A stretch of DNA of 63,994 nucleotides, filler included, from Lama guanicoe (Eukaryota), in the NCBI GenBank assembly GCA_013239625.1. It is 93 parts of 93 records of this genome, joined end to end, with 100 filler letters (N's around TTAATTAATTAA, not from the genome) between each part and the next. Parts side by side here need not be neighbours in the genome. Positions count along the whole stretch, not along the records: positions 24,894 to 25,469 come from PNXV01029140.1; positions 25,570 to 26,226 come from PNXV01029141.1; positions 26,327 to 26,841 come from PNXV01029142.1; positions 26,942 to 27,932 come from PNXV01029143.1; positions 28,033 to 28,584 come from PNXV01029144.1; positions 28,685 to 29,604 come from PNXV01029145.1; positions 29,705 to 30,204 come from PNXV01029146.1; positions 30,305 to 30,847 come from PNXV01029147.1; 85 more parts are not named here. The stretch is one strand, 5' to 3'. The number at the start of each line of letters is the position of its first letter. Within the stretch, counting starts at the first letter, position 1. This document shows positions 24,932-36,380 of the stretch, piece after piece. The translations under genes were made by a program, and so were the position numbers. Under the pieces are notes generated by a model. That model worked only from the letters and a program-made list of their open reading frames with translations. It was not told the origin of the DNA and searched no databases.

Positions 24932-25229
24932 TAGGCAGGACACTCTCCGACATAAATTGCAGCAATATGTTTTTGGTTCTGTCCCCTAAGGCAAAAGAAG
25001 TAGAAGCAAAAACAAACAAATGGGACGTAATTAAACTTAAAAGCTTCTGCACAGCAACAGAAACCATTGACGAAATGAAAAGACAACCTACTAAATGGGA
25101 GAAAATGTTTGCAAATGATGTGACTGATAAGGGGTTAATTTCCGAAATATATAAACAGCTCATACAACTCAACATCAAAACAAACAAACCAAACAACCAA
25201 CCAATTGAAAAATGGGCAGAAGACCTGAA
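24932..25229 (+). mobile_element. L1 ORF2 C-terminal fragment (frame still open)
   Basis: Translation ...[51 protein letters not shown]...PIEKWAEDL is typical of L1 ORF2p. Confidence 0.93.
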
Positions 25230-25569
25230 AACAGCATGGAGTTTCCAGAAATCCTCCTTTGGGTGTTTGTACGCATATTTCTTAGCGTTGTTATGGAGGT
25301 TGGACAGAGCACAGTTCCAGGGGTGTGTTCAGCACGGGCCACATAAAATGTCATGTCTTTGGGTCTGAAATTTATGAGAGTAACTGGACAGTTCGGTCGG
25401 GTTCCTGAGCTCTGCCTTTGCAGGGCACGGAAGGACCCCCAGAGGTTCCTGGGAGGCCCAGCTGCTAGTNNNNNNNNNNNNNNNNNNNNNNNNNNNNNNN
25501 NNNNNNNNNNNNNTTAATTAATTAANNNNNNNNNNNNNNNNNNNNNNNNNNNNNNNNNNNNNNNNNNNN

Positions 25570-26226
25570 CGAATAAACAAAATAAGAAAGGAAAATGGAG
25601 AAATTACAACCAACATGCCAGAAATACGAGATGCCAAATATACAAAGAACTCATACTGATCCTTCTCAAACTCTTCAAGTGATTGAAAAGAAGAGAGTAC
25701 TGATAAACTCATCCTGTGAAGCCATCATCAACCTGATACCAAAACAAGATACACTACCTAAAAGGAAAATGACACGCCAATATGATTGATAAACATACAA
25801 GCAAGTGTTCTCAACAAAGTAATAGTAAACAATCCAACAGAACATAAAAAAGATCATACATCATGATCAAGTTGGATTCCTCACAGGGATACAAGAGTGG
25901 TTCAACATATGCAAATCAATCAATGTGATACACCACGTGAACAAAAGAAACACAAAATTAACATGATCATCTCAATAGATGCAGAAAAAGCCTTTGAGAA
26001 AATTCAACACCCATTTATGATAAAGCTCTTACCAAAGTTAGTATACAGGGAATTTATCTCAACATAATAAAACCTAGTTATGACAAATGCACAGCCAGCA
26101 TAATACTCAAAGGTAAAAAACTGAAAATCTTCCCACTAAAGTCTGGAACAAGACAAGGATGACCTCTCTCACTGCTTCTATTCAACATAGCCTTGGAAGT
26201 CCTAGCCATAGCAATCAGGCAAGAAA
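25570..26226 (+). mobile_element. L1 ORF2 reverse-transcriptase region, degraded
   Basis: 'catgatcaagttggattc...tggttcaacatatgcaaatcaatcaatgtgatacaccac...atgatcatctcaatagatgcagaaaaagcctttga...ggaacaagacaaggatg' match L1 RT motifs; stops and frameshifts are present. Confidence 0.95.
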
Positions 26227-28684
26227 NNNNNNNNNNNNNNNNNNNNNNNNNNNNNNNNNNNNNNNNNNNNTTAATTAATTAANNNNNNNNNNNNNNNNNN
26301 NNNNNNNNNNNNNNNNNNNNNNNNNNACATGGACTTTAAGGGACCAACCTCTGTTTCATAGACAAGGAAATCAAATTTCCCAGATACTTCCACAGTGCTG
26401 TGATGGGAATCAGACGACACTATGCGTATAACTTACAGAGCCACGTAATATTTCTCCTAAATTCCCCACCCTTCCCCCACTATGCTAAGATCTGCAGGTG
26501 TCAAAAATTGTATTTGACTGATCTTGGATCTCCCTGCAGATTTACCCACTGTCCCTGAGAGACAACGGACAAGTGAGTCTGGAATAGCATGCACTCCGAA
26601 GTTCCCAAGACCATAAAATATTTGGGGCTGGGATCTCACATTTAAGTAAGAATCTCAAAAATGAGTCAAATTCAGTGACTTGGCAAACTGTCAGACATTA
26701 CAACACGTTATAATCCAATTCCCTAATGGAAGTTACTGTAGACGGGCTGCCACGAGAAGTGTTTAAATTCAAAGCACTTAAAAGCCCAAGTGTATGTCCA
26801 TGATGCCTTCTTAGCACAGGGAAACCAGCGGCCAGATTCTTNNNNNNNNNNNNNNNNNNNNNNNNNNNNNNNNNNNNNNNNNNNNTTAATTAATTAANNN
26901 NNNNNNNNNNNNNNNNNNNNNNNNNNNNNNNNNNNNNNNNNTGAATACAAGCTAAGACTTACTTGGTCATGAGAAGGGACAATAAAATAATAGAATCACC
27001 CACCAGTTATTTGTGCATTTCATGGGGATAACTAGGGGGGTGCCTGATATATAGATAAGTGGATAAATATAACAATAGATAGTTTAAGCAAACGTGACTG
27101 TGGAAATTTTCACCCAATTCAAACTGATAATACAAACTCATTTTGCACTGAAGGGTTTATTGTACTGATCATAATATTTCTATTTTCTAATGAAATATCT
27201 TCTTGATGATAAGACGATGAAAAGTTCCCCTAGAGAACTGAGGTATCCCTTCTGTGGACAGAGGGTTTGAGATGACCCCACTCACATGCACGGGTCTGGA
27301 TGGTGGCTGTTAGCTAGTGTCTCTCTCTGCAGGTAGTGTCGCCCTATTGCAGTCAAACCGTGGGTCTTTACACGGTTACAGGAACAGTTCAGGTGCACAA
27401 ATCCCAATGCTCAGGAGCTTATTAAATTTTTCTTGTGTCATTTTTTCTGATGGCTCATTGGCCAAAGTAAAGATGCAGAGCAAAGAGCAGAGCTGTGTAA
27501 TGAAAACCTCCCCAAGAGCCTGGATACTGGACCCTGTGAGTCACTGGGACCATTAAAGTAACCATCAACTGCACTGGTCTTCATAGGTCATGTCATGACA
27601 GCAGTGAATACAGAGGAAGTAAAAATGATTTAGCTATTCTTCTGAGTGAGTCTTTTTCCATATTGGAAACTAATTTCATTACTAGTTATTAGTAAATGTT
27701 GTCGATTCATTGTATAAACACTGTCTTTTATGGAAGAGATAGTTTAAGTGTAGCTTTTGCCTGATCTGAGGTAACTTCTGTCATCTAAGGCTGTAAGGAA
27801 GGCTGGGACTAAGCTCAAATATTTTACACCACATAGGTTTCCATGGATATTGATTACATTACCCATTTGAAGATCTCAGTGGTTATTAAGGTTCAAACCA
27901 TTATAACAGCATACAGTAGGTCAAAAAATCATNNNNNNNNNNNNNNNNNNNNNNNNNNNNNNNNNNNNNNNNNNNNTTAATTAATTAANNNNNNNNNNNN
28001 NNNNNNNNNNNNNNNNNNNNNNNNNNNNNNNNCTGTAAAATAGAGACAGACTCTAACTCCGTTAGAACGTATGTTAACTTACACACAGACATACGCATGA
28101 GGATGGATGCCATGTTCCTATCACAGACGTATCCCATTTCTCTGGTGCATCTGGAAAAGCCCACTGTAGTTTTTTGCCTCTGTAAATTTATTGTTTTGAA
28201 GCTATGTAATCCACATGAATGATGCCACATTTGAAATGCACAAGAAACACATACTGTCCTACAATTTGATTCTCACATAGTATATTAGAGACCGTTTGAT
28301 GTTAGTATGTTTAGAGCTATTTTAAGAGCTGCAGATTATTTCTTTTTAACGAATAATGTGTTAACCACTACTATATTGATGAGCAGTGAATTTTTCCCTA
28401 GTCCTGTCCTATCATGACTAGTTTAGAATAAATGTCCTTGTATGTATGTCATGTTATTCCTATGTGAGTGTATGCATATACGTATATATAACAGTAGGAT
28501 AAATACCTGTAGCAAAATTACTACATCAAAGTGCATGTATTTTTAATTTTGAGAGATTTTTCTGGATTGTATTATAAATATGACNNNNNNNNNNNNNNNN
28601 NNNNNNNNNNNNNNNNNNNNNNNNNNNNTTAATTAATTAANNNNNNNNNNNNNNNNNNNNNNNNNNNNNNNNNNNNNNNNNNNN

Positions 28685-29604
28685 AGATTTACTTTAGAGC
28701 TAAAGACATGCACTGACTGAAAGTGAGTGGATGAAAATAACCGTTCCACACAAAAAGAAATTGAAAGGAAGTTAGGGTGCTAATACTTACCAGACAAGTA
28801 GCCTTTAAAACAAAGAGTGAAGCAAGAGACAAAGAAGGACATTACATAATATTAAAGAGATTTATTCAAGAAAAAGATATAACACTTGTAGATATATATA
28901 CACATAAAAGAAGAACACCTATCATATAAAGGAAATATTAACAGACAGAAAGGGAGAAATTGACAGTCACATAATGTTAGTAGGAGACTTTAACATCCCA
29001 CTTAATGGAGACATCATCCAGATAGGATATTAATAAGGGAACCCTTGAATTAAATGACTCATTAAACCACACAGAATTAATAAGTATCTACAGAACATTC
29101 CATACAAAACCAGCAGAATATACCTTCTTTCCAAGTGAACATGAAATATTCTCCAGGATAGATCACATTCTAGGCCACAAAACAAGTCTCTGTAAATTTA
29201 AGAAGATTGAAATCATCAATCTTTTCCAAACACAACAGTATAAGGCTAGAAATTAACTATGAGAAAAAAATTGGAAAAATCAAACATAGGGAGTCTAAAC
29301 AAGATGCTACTAGGCAACCAGTGAGTCACCCAAGAACTCAAAGAAGTAAGCAAAAAATACCTGGAGACAAATGAGAATGGAAACAACACCATCCAAAATC
29401 TATGGGACACAGCAAATCAATTCTAAGGAATAAGTTACAATTTTACAAGCCTACATCAGGAAACAGAAAAATCTGAAATAAACAATCTAACCTTACTCCT
29501 AAAGGAACTAGAAAGAGAAGAACAAATAACCCCAAATTAGTAGGAGAATAAAAATGATAAAGATTGAGTGGACAACAAAACAAATAGACACTAAAAAATA
29601 AAAA
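28685..29604 (+). mobile_element. L1 ORF2 endonuclease region, degraded
   Basis: 'gtaggagactttaacatcccact' (VGDFN), 'ttctccaggatagatcacattctaggccacaaaacaagtct' (FSRIDHILGHK) and 'caaaatctatgggacacagcaaa' (QNLWDTA). Confidence 0.95.
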
Positions 29605-29704
29605 NNNNNNNNNNNNNNNNNNNNNNNNNNNNNNNNNNNNNNNNNNNNTTAATTAATTAANNNNNNNNNNNNNNNNNNNNNNNNNNNNNNNNNNNNNNNN
29701 NNNN

Positions 29705-30204
29705 GAAAAGATGCTCAATACCACTAATCATCAGGGAAATGCAGATCAAAACTGCACTGAGATATCAACCACACGTTAGGATGACTATTATCAAAAAGAC
29801 AAGCGATAACTAACACTGACAAGGATGTGGAGAAAGTGGAACCCTCGTACACTGTTGGTATGAATATAAGTTGGTACAGCCACTGTGTAAAACACTATGG
29901 TGATTCCTCAACAAATTAAAAACAGAACTACCATATGATCCAGCAATTCCACTTCTGGGCATATATCCAAAGGAAATCTGCACGCTCGTGTTCTCGGCAT
30001 TACTCACAACAGCCAAAGTACAGAAACAACCTATGTGTCTGTCAATAAGATGACTGGATAAAGAAGATGTGGCATAAACACACAACAGATTATTATTCAG
30101 TCATGCGAAAGAAGGAAATCTTACTTGTGACATGCATGAACCCGGAGGACATTGAGCTTAGTGAAGTAAGTCAGACAGAGAAAGACAACTACTCTATGAT
30201 TTCA
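29705..30204 (+). mobile_element. L1 ORF2 3' end / 3' UTR start
   Basis: 'aatcatcagggaaatgcagatcaaaac...gaactaccatatgatccagcaattccacttctgggcatatatccaaagga...agtgaagtaagtcagacagagaaagacaa'. Confidence 0.93.
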
Positions 30205-31062
30205 NNNNNNNNNNNNNNNNNNNNNNNNNNNNNNNNNNNNNNNNNNNNTTAATTAATTAANNNNNNNNNNNNNNNNNNNNNNNNNNNNNNNNNNNNNNNN
30301 NNNNATACGAAGTAAGTAGAAACCACTCACAACTATGGTCATTTGTTTCACACTGCTCAATTATAAATCCAAAATCCAAATTTTAAATGTGCTCTTTAAT
30401 GTGAAATATGTTGCCTTTTTTTAAACTCTTCTAGTAATGTGTGACCTGGTGGACGGAGATCCATTTATTCACGCATCTTTTAACACAGAGTATTTCAAGG
30501 CACACTACGTACCTACCTGGCATGACAGACAAAATGGTGGGTAAAAACAAAAAGCACGGGACTGGTGGAGATTCAACCACACTCCAGAGACGTTACAATC
30601 TGGAATAGCCCAGCCTATGGCCAATTCTACTTTTTTTCCCTTCTTTCCCTGCCTCCCACCCTTTCCGCTGCGTTACTGTGAAGGATCAGCACGTGGACCA
30701 GGCAGGTGTAACCACACAACTTGCTGGGCTGTGTGTGGCCAAAACCAGAAACAGAAAGGGAAAGCAAATGGGTGTGGATGATTTAGGGAGTGAATCAACA
30801 GTTCATACCGTTCACTTTTTCCTAAATTCTGCTAAAGGGTGATGGCANNNNNNNNNNNNNNNNNNNNNNNNNNNNNNNNNNNNNNNNNNNNTTAATTAAT
30901 TAANNNNNNNNNNNNNNNNNNNNNNNNNNNNNNNNNNNNNNNNNNNNTAAGAAATACTTCCTTACGGGTTGATAGGAAGCTTAGATGAGATGATAATGTG
31001 CAAAACAGCACGGCCAATGAGAACGCCAGTGATTGTCACCTTTATTGTTGTCCTGTGGTCCA

Positions 31063-31227
31063 GCCTGTGCTTCTCAAACCTTCATGTGGGCATAAATCAT
31101 CTGGGGGAGGGTGGCCTTCTAAAAATGCAGATTCTGATTCACTAAGTCTGGGGTGGGGGTCTGCCCTTCTAACTAGTTGCCAGGGGAAACCCATGGTGTG
31201 AGTTCATGGGCCACACTTAGAGCAGGA
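31063..31227. mobile_element. MER5-family hAT-Charlie MITE
   Basis: 'gtgcttctcaaaccttc...aaaaatgcagattctgattcactaagtctggggtgggg...ccacacttagagcag'. Confidence 0.7.
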
Positions 31228-31364
31228 TTCAGCCAACTCCTTCTACTCCTTCTGTGGTTCCCAAGTTAACTCCTTCTGTTGCCTCCCTGGCTCTCCTCTG
31301 CCCTCTCCCTAGTCCCCTTCCTAATCTATCAAAATCCTACCCATTCTTCAGACCCATACCCTGA

Positions 31365-31530
31365 TGGCACAATAAAACCACCTGGGGAGCTCTTAAAAAC
31401 TTCCAAAGTCCCGCACTACATTCCAGACCTATCGAACGAGATCCCTGGAGGCTGAACTCGGGCATCAGTATTTTCAAAAGCTGCCCAGATGAGTGTCATT
31501 GGTGAGGCCTCAGGTGAGAACCACTGCCCG
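31365..31530. mobile_element. MER5A-like hAT-Charlie MITE (second copy)
   Basis: 'accacctggggagctcttaaaaac...gggcatcagtattttcaaaagctgcccagatga...gtgagaaccactgcc'. Confidence 0.75.
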
Positions 31531-32844
31531 AGAGCCTCAGCTGGGTGGTTCCTGANNNNNNNNNNNNNNNNNNNNNNNNNNNNNNNNNNNNNNNNNNNNT
31601 TAATTAATTAANNNNNNNNNNNNNNNNNNNNNNNNNNNNNNNNNNNNNNNNNNNNCACCGCATTTCCTACATATTTGGAATTGCCAAGGAGGGCTGAATA
31701 CACACGGTGCTGGTTGGAACACACTTTACTCATAGAAAGGAGAAAAGACACAGCAAGACGAGTGTCCATAGTCTGTGCTAGTCTGTGCTAATCTCCCATG
31801 CCCTGTGGGATTCCCCCCATAGCCAACACAGGGCAATGGACTGCACGCATCCTTCTGGTGCTGCAGGCAAACACCTGTTCCCTTCCTGCAGGGGGCAGAT
31901 GCACTGGTAGGGCTGGCTAGGTGTCATATGACACACTAATACAAGGAAGTTCACTAATACCTAGAATAAGGGAATGGTTTCTCCTAATAAGGAAGAAGAA
32001 TCTGGGGCCAAATGATAGCTAAGCATCTGGCTTCCATTGAGGGGAATGTTCTAGGACCAGGACACTAGTTGGGCAATCCTATGGAGGAGGGCAGGACACG
32101 CCATGGCTGCTTTCCACAACAATGAGCTATAGGTTATCGATTGTCACCCATCTGCCAAACCTAAACAGAGGCCATNNNNNNNNNNNNNNNNNNNNNNNNN
32201 NNNNNNNNNNNNNNNNNNNTTAATTAATTAANNNNNNNNNNNNNNNNNNNNNNNNNNNNNNNNNNNNNNNNNNNNAGAACATTTATCAACTTTCAAATGC
32301 TCGGCTCTTTGACCAGCCTCATTACTGAGGCTCAAACAAGTAGAATCCCAGTCTGAAGGATCTGAAAACAAAAGTTCCACTTATTAGAATGTGAGTAACA
32401 ACACAAACTTAACTAACTTGTACGAATTCTCTTTCCAGAGCAGCAGCCCCACGTCCTCCTCTTCCCCCAAACACACTGCTCCTTCCCGGCTGTTTGTACT
32501 TTAAATGTCATTGCTGTTCACATAGGGAACCACTGTCTCTCTTTTTTCTACTTTTAATTTCCTGGTATTACTTATTTGGACTCACTCATCACTCTCTATA
32601 AAACACTCTATATTCCATAAGACCTTTATGAATAATTATGATTCTTCTTCATATGAATTTTTTCATTCACAAAATGTATGTCTAACCAGCCACTTACTAG
32701 ACGTTTAAATATGCATGACAGTATTGTGTCCTAGAGACATGGGCNNNNNNNNNNNNNNNNNNNNNNNNNNNNNNNNNNNNNNNNNNNNTTAATTAATTAA
32801 NNNNNNNNNNNNNNNNNNNNNNNNNNNNNNNNNNNNNNNNNNNN

Positions 32845-33140
32845 ATGTAGAATCTAAAAAAAAAATCACATGAATGAACTTATCTACAAAACACAAACAG
32901 ACTCACAGACATAGAGAAAAAACTAAAAATTACCAGGGCTTAAAGGGAGTGGGAAGGGATAAATTCTGATTATGAAAATCACACCTCTTGGGGAGTGCTG
33001 GAAATGTTAGCTATCATGAGTGTGGCAGTAGTTCCATGGGTGTAGATATCAATCAAAATTCATCAAAGTGTACATTTGAAATATGTGTAGTTTACTCTAT
33101 AGGAACCATACCACAATAAAAATTGTTTAAAAAAAAGGAA
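32845..33140 (+). mobile_element. L1 3' UTR fragments (a cetartiodactyl-type piece followed by an older L1M end)
   Basis: 'atgaacttatctacaaaacacaaacagactcacagacatagagaaaaaact...gggagtgggaagggataaatt', then 'atcaaaattcatcaaagtgtacatttgaaatatgtgtagttt...caataaa'. Confidence 0.8.
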
Positions 33141-33389
33141 ATCAACATGAGATAGATGCCAAGACCTCACACTAGGTGGTGACCAGAAGGAAGGAATGGC
33201 TACTGAAGATCAAATATACCTAATTAATTACAGTAGAACTTACGGCCACTTGTTGGTGCTTAATGCATACTAGATAGATATGATGTTCTNNNNNNNNNNN
33301 NNNNNNNNNNNNNNNNNNNNNNNNNNNNNNNNNTTAATTAATTAANNNNNNNNNNNNNNNNNNNNNNNNNNNNNNNNNNNNNNNNNNNN

Positions 33390-33874
33390 TTTTGTACTCT
33401 TGGTTTCCTTTGTTTTCCATTTTTGTGTATCTATTGTATGTTTTTGATTTCTGATTACCATGGAGTTCATATATTCTGATGCTTATTATATCTTCCTGAT
33501 TTACACTGAAGTTCAAACACATTCTACTTTTTGTACTCCTTTCCTATGTATTTTGTGTTTTTCATGCCATACTTTACATCTTTTTGCTTATCCATTTACT
33601 GTTTATCATATAGATAATTTTACAAAGTTTTCATCTCTATTCAATCTATATGTTGGCTTATTTAAGTGATCATCAATCCTTACTATATATTCGCTTTCTC
33701 TAGTGTGATTTTCCCCTTTCTTATAGGGTCTTACCTCTTTTCAATTTAGAATATACCCTTCAAATTTTCTTGTAGTGCAGGTTTAGTATTGCTAAATTTT
33801 TTTCAGGTTTTTGCTTGTCTCAGAGTTACTTTTTCTCTTCTATTCTAAATACTATTTTTTTTCTGGGTAGATTC
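33390..33874 (-). mobile_element. L1 ORF1/inter-ORF relic; duplicate contig pair B, copy 1
   Basis: T-rich antisense L1-like sequence, co-terminal with 33975-34459; about 8 substitutions in 485 bp. Confidence 0.8.
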
Positions 33875-33974
33875 NNNNNNNNNNNNNNNNNNNNNNNNNN
33901 NNNNNNNNNNNNNNNNNNTTAATTAATTAANNNNNNNNNNNNNNNNNNNNNNNNNNNNNNNNNNNNNNNNNNNN

Positions 33975-34459
33975 TTTTGTACTCTTGGTTTCCTTTGTTT
34001 TCCATTTTTGTGTATCTATTGTACGTTTTTGATTTCTGATTACCATGGAGTTCATATATTCTGATGCATATTATATCTTCCTGATTTACACTGAAGTTCA
34101 AACACATTCTTCTTTTTGTACTCCTTTCCTATGTATTTTGTGTTTTTCATGCCATACTTTACATCTTTTTGCTTATCCATTTACTGTTTATCATATAGAT
34201 AATTTTACAAAGTTTTCATCTCTATTCAATCTATATGTTGGCTTATTTAAGTGATCATCAATCCTTACTATATATTTGCTTTCTCTAGTGTGATTTTTCC
34301 CTTTCTTATAGGGTCTTACCTCTTTTCAATTTAGAATATACTCTTCAAATTTTCTCGTAGTGCAGGGTTAGTATTGCTAAATTTTTTTCAGGTTTTTGCT
34401 TGTCTCAGAATTACTTTTTCTCTTCTATTCTAAATACTATTTTTTTTCTGGGTAGATTC
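33975..34459 (-). mobile_element. L1 relic; duplicate contig pair B, copy 2
   Basis: Same length (485 bp) and same ends as 33390-33874. Confidence 0.8.
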
Positions 34460-34749
34460 NNNNNNNNNNNNNNNNNNNNNNNNNNNNNNNNNNNNNNNNN
34501 NNNTTAATTAATTAANNNNNNNNNNNNNNNNNNNNNNNNNNNNNNNNNNNNNNNNNNNNGGAGGAAGCGGTGGCCCACTGAGACCTAGAAGATGAGCTGG
34601 AGTTAATACGTGCAAATGTTCCAGAAAGAAGGAACAACATATACAAAGGCTCAGGATTAAGAGGAAAGCTGGAAGCTTCTAAATCTGACTTTGTCTCTCC
34701 TCTGATTAAACTCTCCTCTGGCTGCCCTGGCAAACTCTTTAGCCTGGCA

Positions 34750-35157
34750 TTCATTCATTTATTCAAACAAACATTCCCTGGAGTATGTAGCTAGTGTCAG
34801 GCTCTGTAGGGACATAGCACTCCCCATAAGACTGTAACCCTGACTTGGGGAGGTCAAGGAGGGGCTCCTGGAGGAGAAGGCATCTACTCCAAGATCTGAA
34901 GGAGGAGTACAAGAGATGCTGGGGAAGAGGCAGGGAAGGGTGTTCCAGGCAAAAGGAACAGCCTGTGCAAAGGCCTGAAGGTAGGTTCTGAGTCTGACAT
35001 GCTCAAAAATCTACTCATGTTCAGCTGAAGCACAGGGCGGTCTGGGAGAGGCTAGAGAGGCCAGCCTCAGGGCCCACATGCGGGCTTCCTTCTCAGGCAC
35101 TCGGGAGCCATGGAGAAGTTGTGAGCAGAGAGGCAGGAGCAGACTTATAGGTCAGAA
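34750..35157 (-). mobile_element. L2 LINE relic
   Basis: 'tcattcatttattcaaacaaacatt...aagggtgttccaggcaaaaggaacagcctgtgcaaaggcctgaag...gggagccatggagaagttgtgagcagag'. Confidence 0.8.
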
Positions 35158-35959
35158 NNNNNNNNNNNNNNNNNNNNNNNNNNNNNNNNNNNNNNNNNNN
35201 NTTAATTAATTAANNNNNNNNNNNNNNNNNNNNNNNNNNNNNNNNNNNNNNNNNNNNTTATGAACTAATTTCTATCCAGTTTATAGATCACATTTTCTGC
35301 TTGTTTTTGTAAGGGGTGGTTTACAGGACTGTTTTTCATTAGATGATGGTGTTGCAGTTACTATATTGTCGAGTATCTATATTTTTGAGTCTTTCACTGT
35401 ACATTTTGGGCTTTGACTTGGCAGGTGGTTGAGCCAGGACACTCTTCCCCGGCAGGACATCAGCCCCGCAGCCGCTGCAAAGTCCAGGCCTGCCTTTGGG
35501 TAAGTTTCCTTCTTGGTTGTAAGCTTTGCTCACGAGATTTTCACATGTTTCATGATTCCCAGTGCAGTTCTCAACAGTAATAGGCATTCCGTAGACGTTT
35601 TCATCTTAATGAATAAATACTTTCACGTGAATGAGTATTTTAATGGATGTACGTTCATTTAACTCTCAGTAGGTGATTTCTGCTTTCTCAGCACATGCGG
35701 CACTATTTTAGGGCAAAAGAGCGAGAGCCACGCAGCAAAATCCAAGCGGCGGCGAGCCCCAGTTATTTCCGCATTCGCCCCCGCACCGACGTGATGCTGC
35801 TCTGGGGCAAAGCTCACTTCTCNNNNNNNNNNNNNNNNNNNNNNNNNNNNNNNNNNNNNNNNNNNNTTAATTAATTAANNNNNNNNNNNNNNNNNNNNNN
35901 NNNNNNNNNNNNNNNNNNNNNNCAAAAACTTCTTATCTGTTATATGAAAGAGTTCACAC

Positions 35960-36380
35960 CATAAACAGATTTGGCCATACATATAACAGAATATTATTCA
36001 GCCCTAAAAAAGAAAGGAAATTCTGACACTTACTACAATGTGGCTGAACCCTGAAGACTTTATACCAAATGAAATAAACCAGTCATGAAAGGACTAATAC
36101 TGGATGATTCCACTTATATGAGGACCCAGAATTGTTACAGTCATAGAGACAGAGGGGGGATGGTGGGGGCTAGGGCTGGGGGAGGGGGAAAGAGAGTTGT
36201 TCTTTAATGGGGACAGAGTTTCAATTTGGAAGATGAAGAAGTTCCTGAGATGGATGGTGTTGATGTTTGCACAACAATGTCAATGTACTCAACTCACTAA
36301 ACTGTACATTCAGAAATGGTTAAAATGGTAAATTTTATGGTATGTGCATTTTAGCACAAAAGAAAAATTTAAGTAAAAAA
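35960..36380 (+). mobile_element. L1MB-type 3' end
   Basis: 'gaatattattcagccctaaaaaagaaaggaaattctgacac...gagatggatggtgttgatgtttgcacaacaatgt...aaatggttaaaatggtaaattttatg'. Confidence 0.9.

Noticed and set aside
27241..27252. GTATCCCTT resembling a U12-type (minor) 5' splice site
   Set aside because: It mismatches the GTATCCTT consensus and there is no convincing upstream exon.
24932..30204. Nearby L1 endonuclease, RT and C-terminal pieces suggesting one full-length active L1
   Set aside because: They lie on separate unlinked contigs, are out of order, and mostly carry stops or frameshifts.
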